This document shows positions 38,501-62,100 of a stretch of 64,000 nucleotides of DNA, piece by piece. The DNA comes from Podarcis filfolensis (taxonomy: Eukaryota). The notes below the pieces were generated by a model, which saw only the letters and a list, made by a program, of their open reading frames with translations, made no database searches and was not told where the DNA came from. The translations under genes were made by a program, and so were the position numbers. Numbering within the stretch: the stretch's first letter is position 1; every line of letters starts with the position of its first letter. The stretch lies in assembly GCA_964270895.1 (NCBI GenBank), contig OZ185442.1, one strand, 5' to 3'.

Positions 38501-39112
38501 GGACTCCTGGCATGGGCTTAGTGTGACAGCAGGCACTCTGTGGGCACAGAGATGCTTGTTTGCCCAGGTCACTGTGGTAGCATCCAGCATGTTTCTGCTT
38601 GTAGTCCTGCTGACCCCCTCGTCTTCCCCTACATGAGGGCAGGGGGGCTTCCAGCAAGGAACAAAAAAGTGCCTCCCTTAAGAGCTTCACAGTGTACTTC
38701 TTAATGCAAACTTTTGCAGTCCAGCAAGTACTAAGTGTCCCTGGAACAGGATGAGCAAACATTGAGTCAAATAGGCCAGGCTGGGGCTGGCTTCTTTCAT
38801 CAGAAACTATCAAGCAACGCAGAGGGCCAGGATCTGTGTGTATCCTCAGCCAAGACAAAGTCAAGGAATTCCCCTCATCTGCTGAGACCCAACAGAGTCA
38901 GGTCTGCAGTGTAATTCAGTCCCTCTCAGGTGGGATTAAGTAAAATGGGAGTATGGCAGAAATATTTTCTCTGTTTCATCCCAGAGCCCCACTCTTGATC
39001 TTAGGACGCTGAAGAGGATGGGGGCACAATCAGCATTGCTCTGAGGGGCTGTGGGATTTTGTTCCCTGCTTTGCCTTCGGCGGGAGGTGGATCTTTTTCT
39101 GGGTGGTCTTTC

Positions 39113-39118
39113 AATAAA
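39113..39118 (+). terminator. DHODH poly(A) signal AATAAA
   Basis: The canonical hexamer lies 613 nt after the stop and is followed by a U/GU-rich tract. Confidence 0.75.
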
Positions 39119-39599
39119 GCTTTTGTTTATTTGTTTAAACTTGTTATTTTTATTTTGTTTTTAAATTTGGTATTACAATGCCATATGACAAGTGCATTTC
39201 ACTTGTTTTATGATGGAGATCAGCATACAAAAGGTTAAAAAACATTGCCAATGGTGGGTGGGACTTCTCTTTAATTATTAAAAGTAAATCTAAATAAGAG
39301 CATATTGTTTCACTTCTAAGGCCAGGCACAGGCACCTCCCAAGGGTAGAAGTTCTCTCATGGAGAAGGCCCCTGCAGCTGCCCTCGGACCCGAGGCTTGA
39401 GGAAGAGGTGCCAGTTCCAGGGGTAAATCTGCAGAGTCCTGAGAGCTCTGGTGAGGGGAGAGGGGCATCTTTTGAAGACCCAGTTTGTTTGTATTTCAGT
39501 GGTAAGGGGGTTGTGCCCAGGCACCCAATGCAGGCTTTGTAGCAGTGACTGGGAGATTATCCTAGGAATTGCACTCATGCAGAATAAAAGGGGGGCAGC

Positions 39600-40672
39600 T
39601 GGGCGCAAAAGGCGTCAGACCCAAGGAGTGACTCGCAAGGGCGAGAACAGCGTAAGTCACCCCACCAGACTATCCAGCAGCGGGAAGAGGGGCTAATTTG
39701 GCTCTGACGTAGGAAGGGCGGGAGGAGGCGGACCTGGAGAAGCCCCGCCCCCGGTCCAAGAGGCTCGTCTGTCGCCGGGGCAACGGTTTATGTCACCCTA
39801 GACATAAGAAAGGGTAAGAGCGGCCCTTCTGGTGCGCGGGATTTTCGGGCTCCTGAAAACCCATCCGGCTGCAATCCGAGCTGCTTTGGGTAGAGAGCGC
39901 GGGACTCGCGTTTGCCCCTCTGTGGGCTGCAAGTTTCCTAGACCTTTTCAGTCTCTGGACCCGCCTTTAACCAAACATGCATTTGAGGACCAATCTTGTG
40001 ATCGTTTACCACACATTTGCACAGCGGTGGCGCTGCTGTTGCGACCCACCTCGGATCAGGCCGTGACCCACAAGCGGGTCTCGCCCCACCACCACTTGGA
40101 CTAGATGACCCCCGCGGCCCCTTCCGACTCCACTATTCTATGACCTATGGCTGGGGAACTTCCGGCCCAGCAGAGGATGGACGGACTACAATTCGCATCC
40201 TCGTCTCTGGCCACACTGGCTGCTGGGAGCTGCGGTCTCTACCAGCATCTGGAGGGCCATGAATGTCCCCGCACAGCTCCCCATCCCTGCATTAGCCCCG
40301 TTCCCGCCCACGATCTCGAACTGCTTTCGCAGCTGTCTGAGGGAGCGGCATCCCCCTCCTCTTCTGAGGGGAAACTACTAGTTCTGCCGCCTTCCGTTCC
40401 AGCTGTGCGGAAGTCCGGTAGTTCCTTGCGCAGTTTCCTGTGGGCGGCTTTTACGTTCCCTCCTCCGGGCGGCTGCAATCCGGAAATTCCGCCTCCGCGC
40501 AAGGGCTCGGTCGGTCGGTCTAGGAGCCGCGCTGCTGCACATTCTATAACGACTCTATGGCGCGGGGAGAGGCCGTCGCAGCTGCCGTCGCGGGGCATTG
40601 TGGGGCGGGCAATGGCGGCGCCCGGCAAGCGGAGGGTCAGGCCTTGAAGCGGCGGCCGCGCGGCGGCGGAGG
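39600..40672. promoter_or_regulatory. DHX38 CpG-island promoter and non-coding exon 1 (donor at 40673)
   Basis: It contains GC boxes, TGACGTA (39705-39711), ETS motifs ACTTCCGG (40158-40165) and CGGAAGT (40408-40414), and a ZNF143/THAP11-like ACTACAATTCGCA (40185-40197). Donor G|GTGAGG pairs with the acceptor at 40938/40939. Confidence 0.65.
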
Positions 40673-40949
40673 GTGAGGCTGAGGCGGGCAGGGCTCTGCC
40701 CCCGTTTCTGTCCCGAAGGCGAAGCGAGGCCGGGCAGCGGGTTGGGCGGCGCTGCTGCTGCTGCTGTTGCTGCCGCTTTCAGCGCGGTGTGTCGTCCAGT
40801 GGCAGCGCGTCCCGCGGGAGTCTGAACGGCCGAGCAGCCCCTCCAGCAGACCGATTCCCCCCGCCGCCGTTAGGCGCCACCCCCCTTGCCGCCCGGTCCC
40901 CGTCCCGCTGACTCGCGTGCCTCATTGCCTCCTCGCAGAGAGCCCTGCA

Positions 40950-52927
<11,978 letters not shown>

Positions 52928-54590
52928 CCCCTGCCCTCCCAGCTCTGTACAGAAGACCCTGCTGTGCTTAGTTGGGCAGAGCCCACCTTGGATGGACATG
53001 GAAAAAATAATTTTATTGTTTATATAAATGTTGCTGCTTCCTGACCTGATTTTGAGCAGTTGCTTTTGTTTGGCCTCTTCCTTGGTGCAAGGTTGGGGGT
53101 GAGGCTGGAGCAAGGTGTGTTTGGGGTGTACCTGTGGGGAGCCCTGTCCTCTCTCGGCCCATCCTGCTTTCTGCCACCTGCCTCCCTTTTGCCTTATACA
53201 CGCTCACAGCATAACATGTGGTTTTTTTGGGGAAAGTGGCTCAGCACTTCCCCATTTATTAGCTTAGTATCTGCACAAGTTCTTTTTTTCTTTCTTTCTT
53301 CTTCTGCATCAGAAGTCACATGATTAGTCGATCGGCCGGTCCCTGTCCAAATATTCACTGGAGCCTGGCGCGGCAGGCACCAAGGTGTGTCCTCTGCTGG
53401 GCAGGGAGGGAGCCAGCGTGTGTGGCGAAGAGTAGGTATCCAGCAGCCGTGGCGGGGCTAGGACAGGTTCCACTTTGTAGCCAGCACTTTGCTTTGTTTC
53501 CGGCTCAAGCAGTGAGAGCTGCAAATGGTAATGATGATGATGATTTGGGGTGGGTGGGGGAGGTACAGCAGGAATGGCTTTCTACATCCATGCTGCTTGA
53601 CTTGACTAACAATCAGTTTGCTCAGGGAATCTCTACAGGAGACTGAAAATAAGATAGCATCTATTTGAATGCTATTACTTCATTTTAGACTATTGTACAC
53701 AGCATTGGTCCTCTTAAGAAAGGGCATGTTTGCACCCACCATAAATGATTGAGAGGGAGTGGAAATGGCTTCTGTACACCCAAGGACTAAAGTCAATTCT
53801 AGACATAATGTTGGATAAAGAGTTTATTTAAATACTTTTCCCTCCCAATACTGGTATGTAACTCCATTAGAGGTCAGTTGGGGAACTGTGGCCTGGTCTG
53901 CTACCGGCCCCTGGCTTTAAGCATGTGGCCCTCTGGATGATGATAGATTCCATCAGCCCCAGCCACTATTGCCAGGAGTGAGGGGAGACAGAACCTCACA
54001 ATAGCCAGAGGGCTACAAGCTCCCCACCCTTGCAGGAAAGCTGTGGGGCGGGGGGGGGGGGTATTTGCCCAGGGCCCATCTCACTGGCTGCTGGAAAAAG
54101 ATTGCTGTATAACAGAACTCCATAGCCTGCTATACCAGGCAGTTCCTTACAGAGGCTTCACCACACTGCTTTTGCAGGCTTTTCAGAGGTTTCTGGTGCT
54201 TTGTGTAGGGTGCTATGATGCCCCAGCCTGCATGTGTGAGCCGAGAAAATAACTTTTTAAGCCAAGCTTGTGCAAAGTGCCTTCCTGCCATCAGAGGCAT
54301 CTTTTGCCTCAAAAGATTGGTCCAGGCAGTCCCTGGCTTGGAAGTTAACTCACGTCACTGAAGGAGGTTGTGAGTCAGCAAGTCCCCTGAAGGCAGGGAA
54401 GCGCCTTGGTGCTGGCATTGTCCAAGGAGAGGAGTGGGGGAGAACAGAAGCACTTACTCATCCGCTGGGAACGTAGGCCAAGGCTGTGGTAGTACAGCAC
54501 CTGGGTCCAAATCACTGCTGTGAAAAGCCTGCAACCAGAAAGAGGAGACTTTGTGTGTGTGTTATTTCCCTTAAGATTTCATTAAGGCGC

Positions 54591-55540
54591 TTTTTTTGTA
54601 ATACAATACAATACAATACAAAATGAACAAAAACGAAAAGAGAAAGAATAATCCCAATAATGTCCCAGAGTAGAGGACAACAAGGAAAACAAAAGGAAAA
54701 AAGAGGAAGGAATATAAAAGGAAAAGAGATGTGAAAGGGACTTCTGATCTTCTGTCTCTGCCAGCTCAGGATGTCCATGGCTTCATTCCATTCCTTCAAC
54801 ATCATAACTCGTGCCATTTGGGTGTTTCATTCCTCTAGATACTGGTGTGAAGGACTTCTCCATTTGCTACCTCCAACTCTACCATTTCACTCTCCTGTTC
54901 TGGAAATCCTTTTTTGATATTGTTCTCCAAAGTCTCTGTGCCCTCTTTAATACCATTTTCCATTTCATCCTTCTCTGGTCCATTTTCATTCACCATTTCA
55001 TCAATCTCAGCTCTGATCTCTCTTAACTGCTCATCCAATAATTGCTGTAAGATGGCGACAGTCAATGGAGTGTCCAACAATGTATTTGCCATACTGAGTG
55101 TTCTTAATCTTATTAACAGTTCAATACGCATCTTAAAAACTTAAGACCTTAAGGTCTTCACAGCATTCCTTATCAAACCACATTTCTTTCCCTCAGTGAC
55201 ATAGAAAAAATACTTTCAGTTTGAAGTCAACAGTTTTGTCAAAAAAAAAACAGAATTAAAAATAAAAGATTTCTAACAATCCGAACACCCTTGATCATTA
55301 AATGATAAACTCTTCTTAAGAAGGTAGCTCACACACCAGATGTAAATTTCAACTGGCAGACAGAGAACCTCTCAGTTGTAATTTATAGCAGTCTTGAAGG
55401 TAATTGGAGAAAGGGAGGCTTCGCTCACCTTATGCCCTGAGGGTGTTATGTGGTTTGGGGGCAGAATGAAAATTCTTCTCTAAGTCACTCACCTCCATCT
55501 GGGTTCTCAGCTGCTCAGTCTCCAGACATGGAAAGCAGCT
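54591..55540 (-). mobile_element. L1-related element: 5' region and ORF1-like coiled-coil fragment followed by a T-rich region and short A tail
   Basis: The ORF at 55131-54835 (LQQLLDEQLREIRAEIDEMV...) is acidic and heptad-like, is frameshifted, and is AT-rich compared with its GC-rich surroundings. No TSD was found. Confidence 0.45.
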
Positions 55541-56112
55541 TTTCTTTTTCACACTATTTTTCCAAAATAAATTCAATAGCTAAGATTTATGGCTTTGGCT
55601 ATCATGAATCACTACGTAATCATCTCTGTTGGTGAACCATCCGCTGTTCCTCCTCTGGCAGTCCGAGGATCTGTGTTTTCAAGGAGTGGATTTGCGCAAC
55701 ACACAGGCTCTGTGGTCACTACCAGGCACTCCTTGTGGGTTGGATGCTGGAAGCCTACTTCTCTGTGCTCTTGCTGCTGAACTGCAAAAGCCTCCACAAC
55801 AGCACTTGTTCAATGCCTTCTCATTAAATGATGTGGGTGGTCTGGGGAATCCTTGGGGTTGTCCCATCTTCTGCCATGTCTCCTGTTATGGCAATATTGG
55901 CCCACTCTGCATTTGTGGGTTTAGGGTTCCAGAAGTACTTTACTTCAAATAATAAATGCCTGCCTTGCAGGCTCACAGAACACCTTGCCACTCACTCATT
56001 ACCTTCCCTGCTGGGAAACTGAGGCAGCCTACTGAGAGTGCCTCAGGGTGTCACTTTCTGCCATCTGGACCCCTGGGATTATTGGCCCTTCACTACCGAG
56101 CCTTCCACTCAC

Positions 56113-59100
56113 CTTGAGGCGCTCACACTCAATACGCCGCTCATCCACTTCACTTTTCAAGCGTTTATTCTCTTGCTGGAGTCTCTCCATTAGCCCATGG
56201 AGGTGGCTGTGGAAAGAACCTGCGTTAACAAAGGGGAACTAACAGCCATGCAGCAGCCTTTGGACTTAAACATGAGGATAATAGGACAAGGAAAGGAGGA
56301 GCGCCTGAATTTTAAAAACACCTCTTGTCCTGCACAATATTTGGAGATATGGGGTAGAGGCAGGGGAAATTGGGACCCGCAGGTGAGCCTGCTGCCCACC
56401 CCTTGAGGAAGAGCAGAAGTGTGGGAGGCCTGGAGGAGCCCCCCCCCCCCGCCCGTGTCAGCCTGCTGCACTTACTCCCTCTCGCCCGTCAGCTGAGCAA
56501 TTTGCTTGATCTGGTCCCGGATCTTGTCGCCCAACTTCTCGTTCACCTGCCTGCAACGAGACACCAGTTGGGAGGAAGTAACAAGGGGCAAGGAAAGGTG
56601 GTAAGCAGTACTGCTAGAGCCCATTCTCACCCACCCCAGGAGGAGGAGGCGGCCAAGCCAGGTGGCACAAACTCACTTCTGCTCCTTCACCCACTGGCTG
56701 ACGTTGGACACCACCAACTCACTCTCATGATGCAGGCGGTAGCTGTCGGCCCGTGCTGTCTCCAGGGAGGTCTGCAGGGATTCCACCTGCCAGGTAAGAA
56801 GAGGGCAGTCTAGGAAGGCCACCCTGGCATGGTTCCAGAAGTGCAAAGCAACCTCCACTGGCCCCTCCCCTCTCTTGCCCCTAAACTATTCTGAAAGGGC
56901 TAAAGAATGAAGAGCAGAGCCAGATGCAAACAAGACTCCCAAATGGCAACCACAAGGTCTCTGGTGAGCCACAGACCAAGAGTCCTGCTGCAGCAGGCTC
57001 AGAGCTCCACCTGGTGCAGCATCTGGGGGTCCAAACCAGGAAACCCAAAGGCAGAGGATCAGGTCTAGAACATTTCCCAGTGCCTGGTATTCAGAGGTAG
57101 ATTGCCTCTGGACAAGGAGGTTCCACAAAGCTATCATGGCCAACACCTACTGGCACATCTCTTTGTCTTGAGGTTGTCTACTGCCCCATTTAAACCATTC
57201 TAATTGGCAGCCGTCAGCACACCCTGTGGCAGTGAGTGCCATCGAGTTCTACGTTGTGTGAAAAGGAACCTTCTTTGGTCTTCTGCAAATTCATTTGCTT
57301 GCCCCCCCAATCTCAGTGGGTGGTCTCACTGTGCCACCAGCAAAACCTCAACCTTGGTCAAGTTCCACTTGAGGACAGCATCAGACCTTAGAGAGGATGT
57401 GGACAAGCGGAAGAGGATGCAAAGGAGAGTATCAGAGATGCTCAAGAACTTGGCAGGGCAACCGGCCCTGAGGAAAGGCTGGAGGAGAGCAGCAGCGGGT
57501 GAAGGGAGGGACAAGACAAAGCTGGAGGAAGCTGAGCAACAAAGAGAAGGAAAGGAGAGAAAGAACGAGATCAGCTGAGCTCTAACTCTGGAGAGAAGAA
57601 TAAACCAAGGCTTATAGGGGCTGAAGGGTGGGGAGGGGAGGGAGAGAGTATTTGCTGGGCAACCTCAGTGCATGGGGTGCAACCAGCTCTGGCTTTGAGG
57701 CTAGACAGGCTTGTTGCTTTCACAACTCCCTGAGGCAACCAGCCCAGCCTGCTGTGACCTTTGTTGTCACCTCAGCTTGTGAATGTGCCACCCAGAAGCC
57801 ACGAGGACTCTCTTTGGATGCTTCGCTTAGGGCCTTCTTCCCCAATGACTTGGGATCTGCTTTCTTCCTAGGGCAGCAGAGGTGGATGGTGCCCCTGGGG
57901 AGTCCGGGGGATGAGTCTCCTCCCCAAGCTTTACTTACGTCCCGGCTGGAAACCACAAACTTCTGCCGGAGGACGTTGACTTCGTTCTGCAGCTCTTCTC
58001 TCTGCCAAAGCAGCCCCAGGAGAGGACCAAAGGAAAAGCATCAGCCACCTGAGGAGGACTTGGCTGTGTATCCCTCCACCCTGCAGGGAGCCCCTCGTCA
58101 CCTCCTCTGTCGCCTGGTGACACTTCTCCTCCAGCGAGGCCAGCTCCACCTTCATCACCACCAGCTCCTCGTCCTTTTCGGCCAGAGCCCGCTCGGCCGC
58201 CCGGTGCTCCTGCTGCCAGTGCTGCACTTGGCTGCCCAGGGCGCTCAGCCGCTCCTCGGAGGCACAGGCCTGTGAAGACAGAGGAGTTGCCCGCTGGGTG
58301 AGCTTGGGCTGAGCAAGAAGGCCCCTCCAGCCCTCCCTCCCTGGGCCAGGGATGCTCACCTCCTGCTCCCTCTCCCTCTGCATGGCCAGCAGCTGCTGCA
58401 GCTGTTCTCGGGAGCCGCTCAGTTCTTCCTCCAGATGGTCTGCCCTGTGCTGGGCAAGCTGCAGCTCCGCCTGCAGGCAGGACACCTCCCGGGTTCTCTG
58501 CTCCAGCTGCCAAGAAGGGAGGATAGAGGTCATCTCCCGGCTGGCTGTCCTCCAAAAGGTGCTCAGGTTTGGCTTGGCCTTACCTGCTCCACCGCCTCCC
58601 TTTGGCTGGCCTGGCAGGACGTGGCCTGCAGCCGGAGGTCCTGGGCAATGTTCTTGGCTGCAGCCAGGGACTGGTTGTTCTGGCGCTCCTTCTCCTGGGC
58701 AGTGTGCAGCTCAGTGTGGAGCTGGGAGAGGGTGGCCTCCTGGCGCAACACCTGTGGAGTGGGGTGGGGGAGGCAAGCCTGGTCAACCTGCAGGAAGACA
58801 GGCGAGGGCGGGGGGAGGTGGCAGTGGCAGCACTCACCTCTGCTGTCTCCTGCTGCAGCTGCAACTGGGCGTGTTCATACTTTCTGTGGAGCACCTCCAG
58901 CTCCGTCTTCTGCTGTTTCAGCTGCTCACGCAGAACACGGCTCTCTGTCTCCCGCTCTGTGGCGCAGGTGTGCAGGCTCTGGGCTTTCCACTCTTCCTCC
59001 TGCAACTGCAAGGCCAGGGGGCTGTCAGCTCCTGGGAGACTTGGCACATGCCTCCTCCCTGCAGCCCTGCCCAGTGGCTCACCCTGCACTGGCTGCTCTG

Positions 59101-62100
59101 GAGCTGATGCTGCAGCTCCTTGCATTGCTGTACCAGCTGGCTCTCCTGCTCCTTGGCCCTTCGCAGCTGCCGCTGCAGCTCCTCCTCCTGGCGCTTCTGC
59201 TGGCCCAACTCTGCCTGCAACTCATCCAGCACCGACTGGTTCCCTTGCACCTGTGGGCGGCACATACCAGAAGGCTTCAGGCTGCCACCAGGCAGAAGCA
59301 ATTGGCTTGGCTGAGATGGCAGTTGCCCTTCAAGCCCTTCCACTTTCCCCTTCCCCACCTTCAGCTGCAGGCTCTTCAGCCCTTCCCGGCTGCTCTGTAG
59401 CTTCTGCTGCAGCCGAGATGCCTCCTTCTGGTGCTGCTGGGATTCTTGCATGGCTGCCTGGTGCTGCTGCTTTGACTGGCTCAGCTCTCCCATCAGTTGC
59501 TCCAACAGTTCTCTGGGGAAGGCAGAATCAGCAGCAAGAATAAAAACACTGGGTCAAAGTGGTTCCATCTAGACCAGCCTCCTCTTGCTGACAGCAGGCA
59601 GCCCATCACAATGCCTCAAGAGAAGCCCCAAGTGGGACCTGAGGACAACAGCTCCCTTCCCACTGCTCTTTGATCCTTCACAACTAGTAGCCACAGAAGG
59701 CGCCCCTCCTCTTCTGCAATCCTTTCCCCCCATAGAGACTCATGTCAGGGCCTAAGGAGACCCCCACCCCCTGCCATTTGCCACTGCAGCTGCTACCTTT
59801 TCTGCTCCAGCTCTGCTTCAGCAACGGAGAGCCTTTCATTGAGAACCCGGAGCTCTGCCTCCAGCCGGCGGCCAGCCTGTGTCTGATGTGTGAGCTCTGT
59901 GAGCCGCTCACTCAGCTGCTCCTGGGCGTTGTGCAGGCTGCTCTGGGCCAGCAGCACCTGCTCTTCCTGCTGCGCCAGCTCCTGGGCTGTGGGGCGGAGG
60001 GAGGGTCTGAGATGCTGGCAGGAGCCCCAAAGGGGAGCAGAAGAAACCAGCAGGTGGGCTGGCTGAAGCATCCCACAAGGCTCTGGGGAGGTGGGAGAGG
60101 GGATGGGTCCTCGGCTTGCTTCTCACTCCCACCTTTGCTGCTTTGCTCCAACTGTTGCCGCTGCCCAGTATTCTAGTCTCAACGATACTGACAGGAATTT
60201 CCGGCCTCCAGCCTCACACGTCCTGGCCCCACTCACCAGTTTTCTGGTGCTGCTCCTGGCTCTCGTGCAAGTTCCGCCGCAGGGCCTGCACCTCGGCACA
60301 CAATGTGGCACACTCTGCTCTGCTGTGCTCCAGCTCCCGCTGGGCCTTCTGCAGGCTGGCCTCCAGGTGATGGGCACGGGCACGCTGCTGCTCCACTTCC
60401 TGCCCCTTCTCCTGCAGGGTGCTGCAGGCGTGCACCATCTCCGCCTGAGACTTTCGCAGGATTGCATCTCGCTTCTGGATGGCCTGTGGGAGGGAGGGAG
60501 TGCAGAGAGGGAGTCAGCCTCAGACAAGGACCCACACACCCCAGCAAGCCTCCCAACAAAGGAAGGCAGAGGTGCTCACCTGCTCCCTTTGAGCAACCAG
60601 CTTGCGGCTTTGCTTGAGCTCCATCTGCAGCTGCTGGACCTGCTGCTGCTGCTTGTCCCTCTCAGCTGCTGCCTCCTCATACAGGCTTTGCAAGTTCAGC
60701 TCCAGGTGAGCCAAGTCTGGAAAAAAAGGTGGCCTCTTGCTCAGCACCGGCCGAGCCCAGCCCGACGTCTGCCCAGGCCAAGAGTGGGAAGGTCTGGCCT
60801 ACATCCTTGCTACTTCCACTCATTCCTACCGTTCAGAGCGCTGCTCTTCTGCTCAGTGACCCTCACCAGCTCCAGTTTTAAATCCTGCACCAGGCCCTGG
60901 TACTCCTCAGCCTGCCGCTGGTGCTTAGAGCTCTCCTCTTCCTCTTTCAGCAGCTTCTGCTCAGAACAAAGAGAACCGCGACTCAGCCTGGAGCCCTACA
61001 TCTCCAGGGCTCCCCCCAGCACCCCCCAACAAGTGTTGTGGCCCGAGAACAGGGCCTACCTGCCTGAGGGTCTCTGCGGCGACTATCTGGCTTTCATAGC
61101 TGCCGTTAGAGCAGCTGTGAGTTGCTTTGTAAGAAGCGAAGTCCCTGTGCAACGTGGCCAGCGCCGCCTCTTGGTCTAGGAGCTGAAGAGCACACAGCAG
61201 TCAGTCAGAGGAGGCTCCCTCTTCTGCTGCCCGTGGGGTTGGGGGCCGAGGCCAGGCTCACCTGGACACGGTTGGCTGCCAACTGCTCCTGCAGCGCCTG
61301 GATGGTCTCTTCAGAATGGCAGGCGAGCTGCCGGCTCTGGGCCAGCTCCACCTGGGTGTCGCGCAGCTCCCGCATCAGCTGGTCGGCGGTGTCTTCCGCC
61401 CGGCTGGCCTGCCAGCATTTGCCCTTCAGCTCCTCCTGCAGGATCTGCTGCTCCGCTTGCAACCTATAGAGGGCCTCGTCCTTTTCCTTGGCCTGCGACA
61501 ACAGGGCAAGCGCAACTTAGGGCCAGGAGAGCAGCCAGGCTCCCATTGCCACCGCCTTCCCCTCTGAACCGGGGCCCCTACCTGGCAGGCGGCCTCCTCC
61601 TCCAGGCGCTGCAACTGGCACTCCAGCTCCCCGGCTCTGCTCAGCGAGGCCTGGAACTTCTTCTTGTAGAGCTCCAGGCTACCCTCCAGGAGGGTGCTGC
61701 TGCTCTCCACCTGGCCCAGCTGCTCGTGCAGGTGCCGCTCTCGCTCGCTCTGGCAGGACAGCTCCCGCTCCTGCTTCTGGGTCACTTCCTCGTAGTAAAG
61801 GAGCTGTGGGGGGGGAAAGGGAGGTAGGCAGCTCTGGGTGGGAGGGTAGGAGTGGGGTGTGGGGTGCAGCCAGCTGGCTCGGCTCACCTGCTCCTTGAGG
61901 ACCTGGCACTGCTGAAGCAGCATCTCCAGGTCCAGCGTCTGCTTCTCGATCCGGCACTCGCGGGACTGCAGCTTGCTCAGGTTCTCCTGGTTGCGCCCCT
62001 TGCAGATATCCAGCTCCTGCTGCAGGCGCTGCAGCTTGTCTTGCAGCTGGTCCATGTTGGCCTGGTGGTCCTGCCGGGCAGAGAGCTGTTCACCCCGCAG

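Noticed and set aside
55450-56112. Candidate final PMFBP1 exons (for example 56041-56003 or 56028-56003)
   Set aside because: Several weak alternatives exist and none has recognisable homology, so I did not annotate them.
58352-61179. Long + strand ORFs (58352-59107, 58435-59400, 58569-59543, 60091-61179; up to 362 aa)
   Set aside because: These are antisense shadows of CAG/GAG/CTG-rich PMFBP1 exons in GC-rich DNA. They read as Leu/Ser/Cys-rich text with no domain and cross the real introns.
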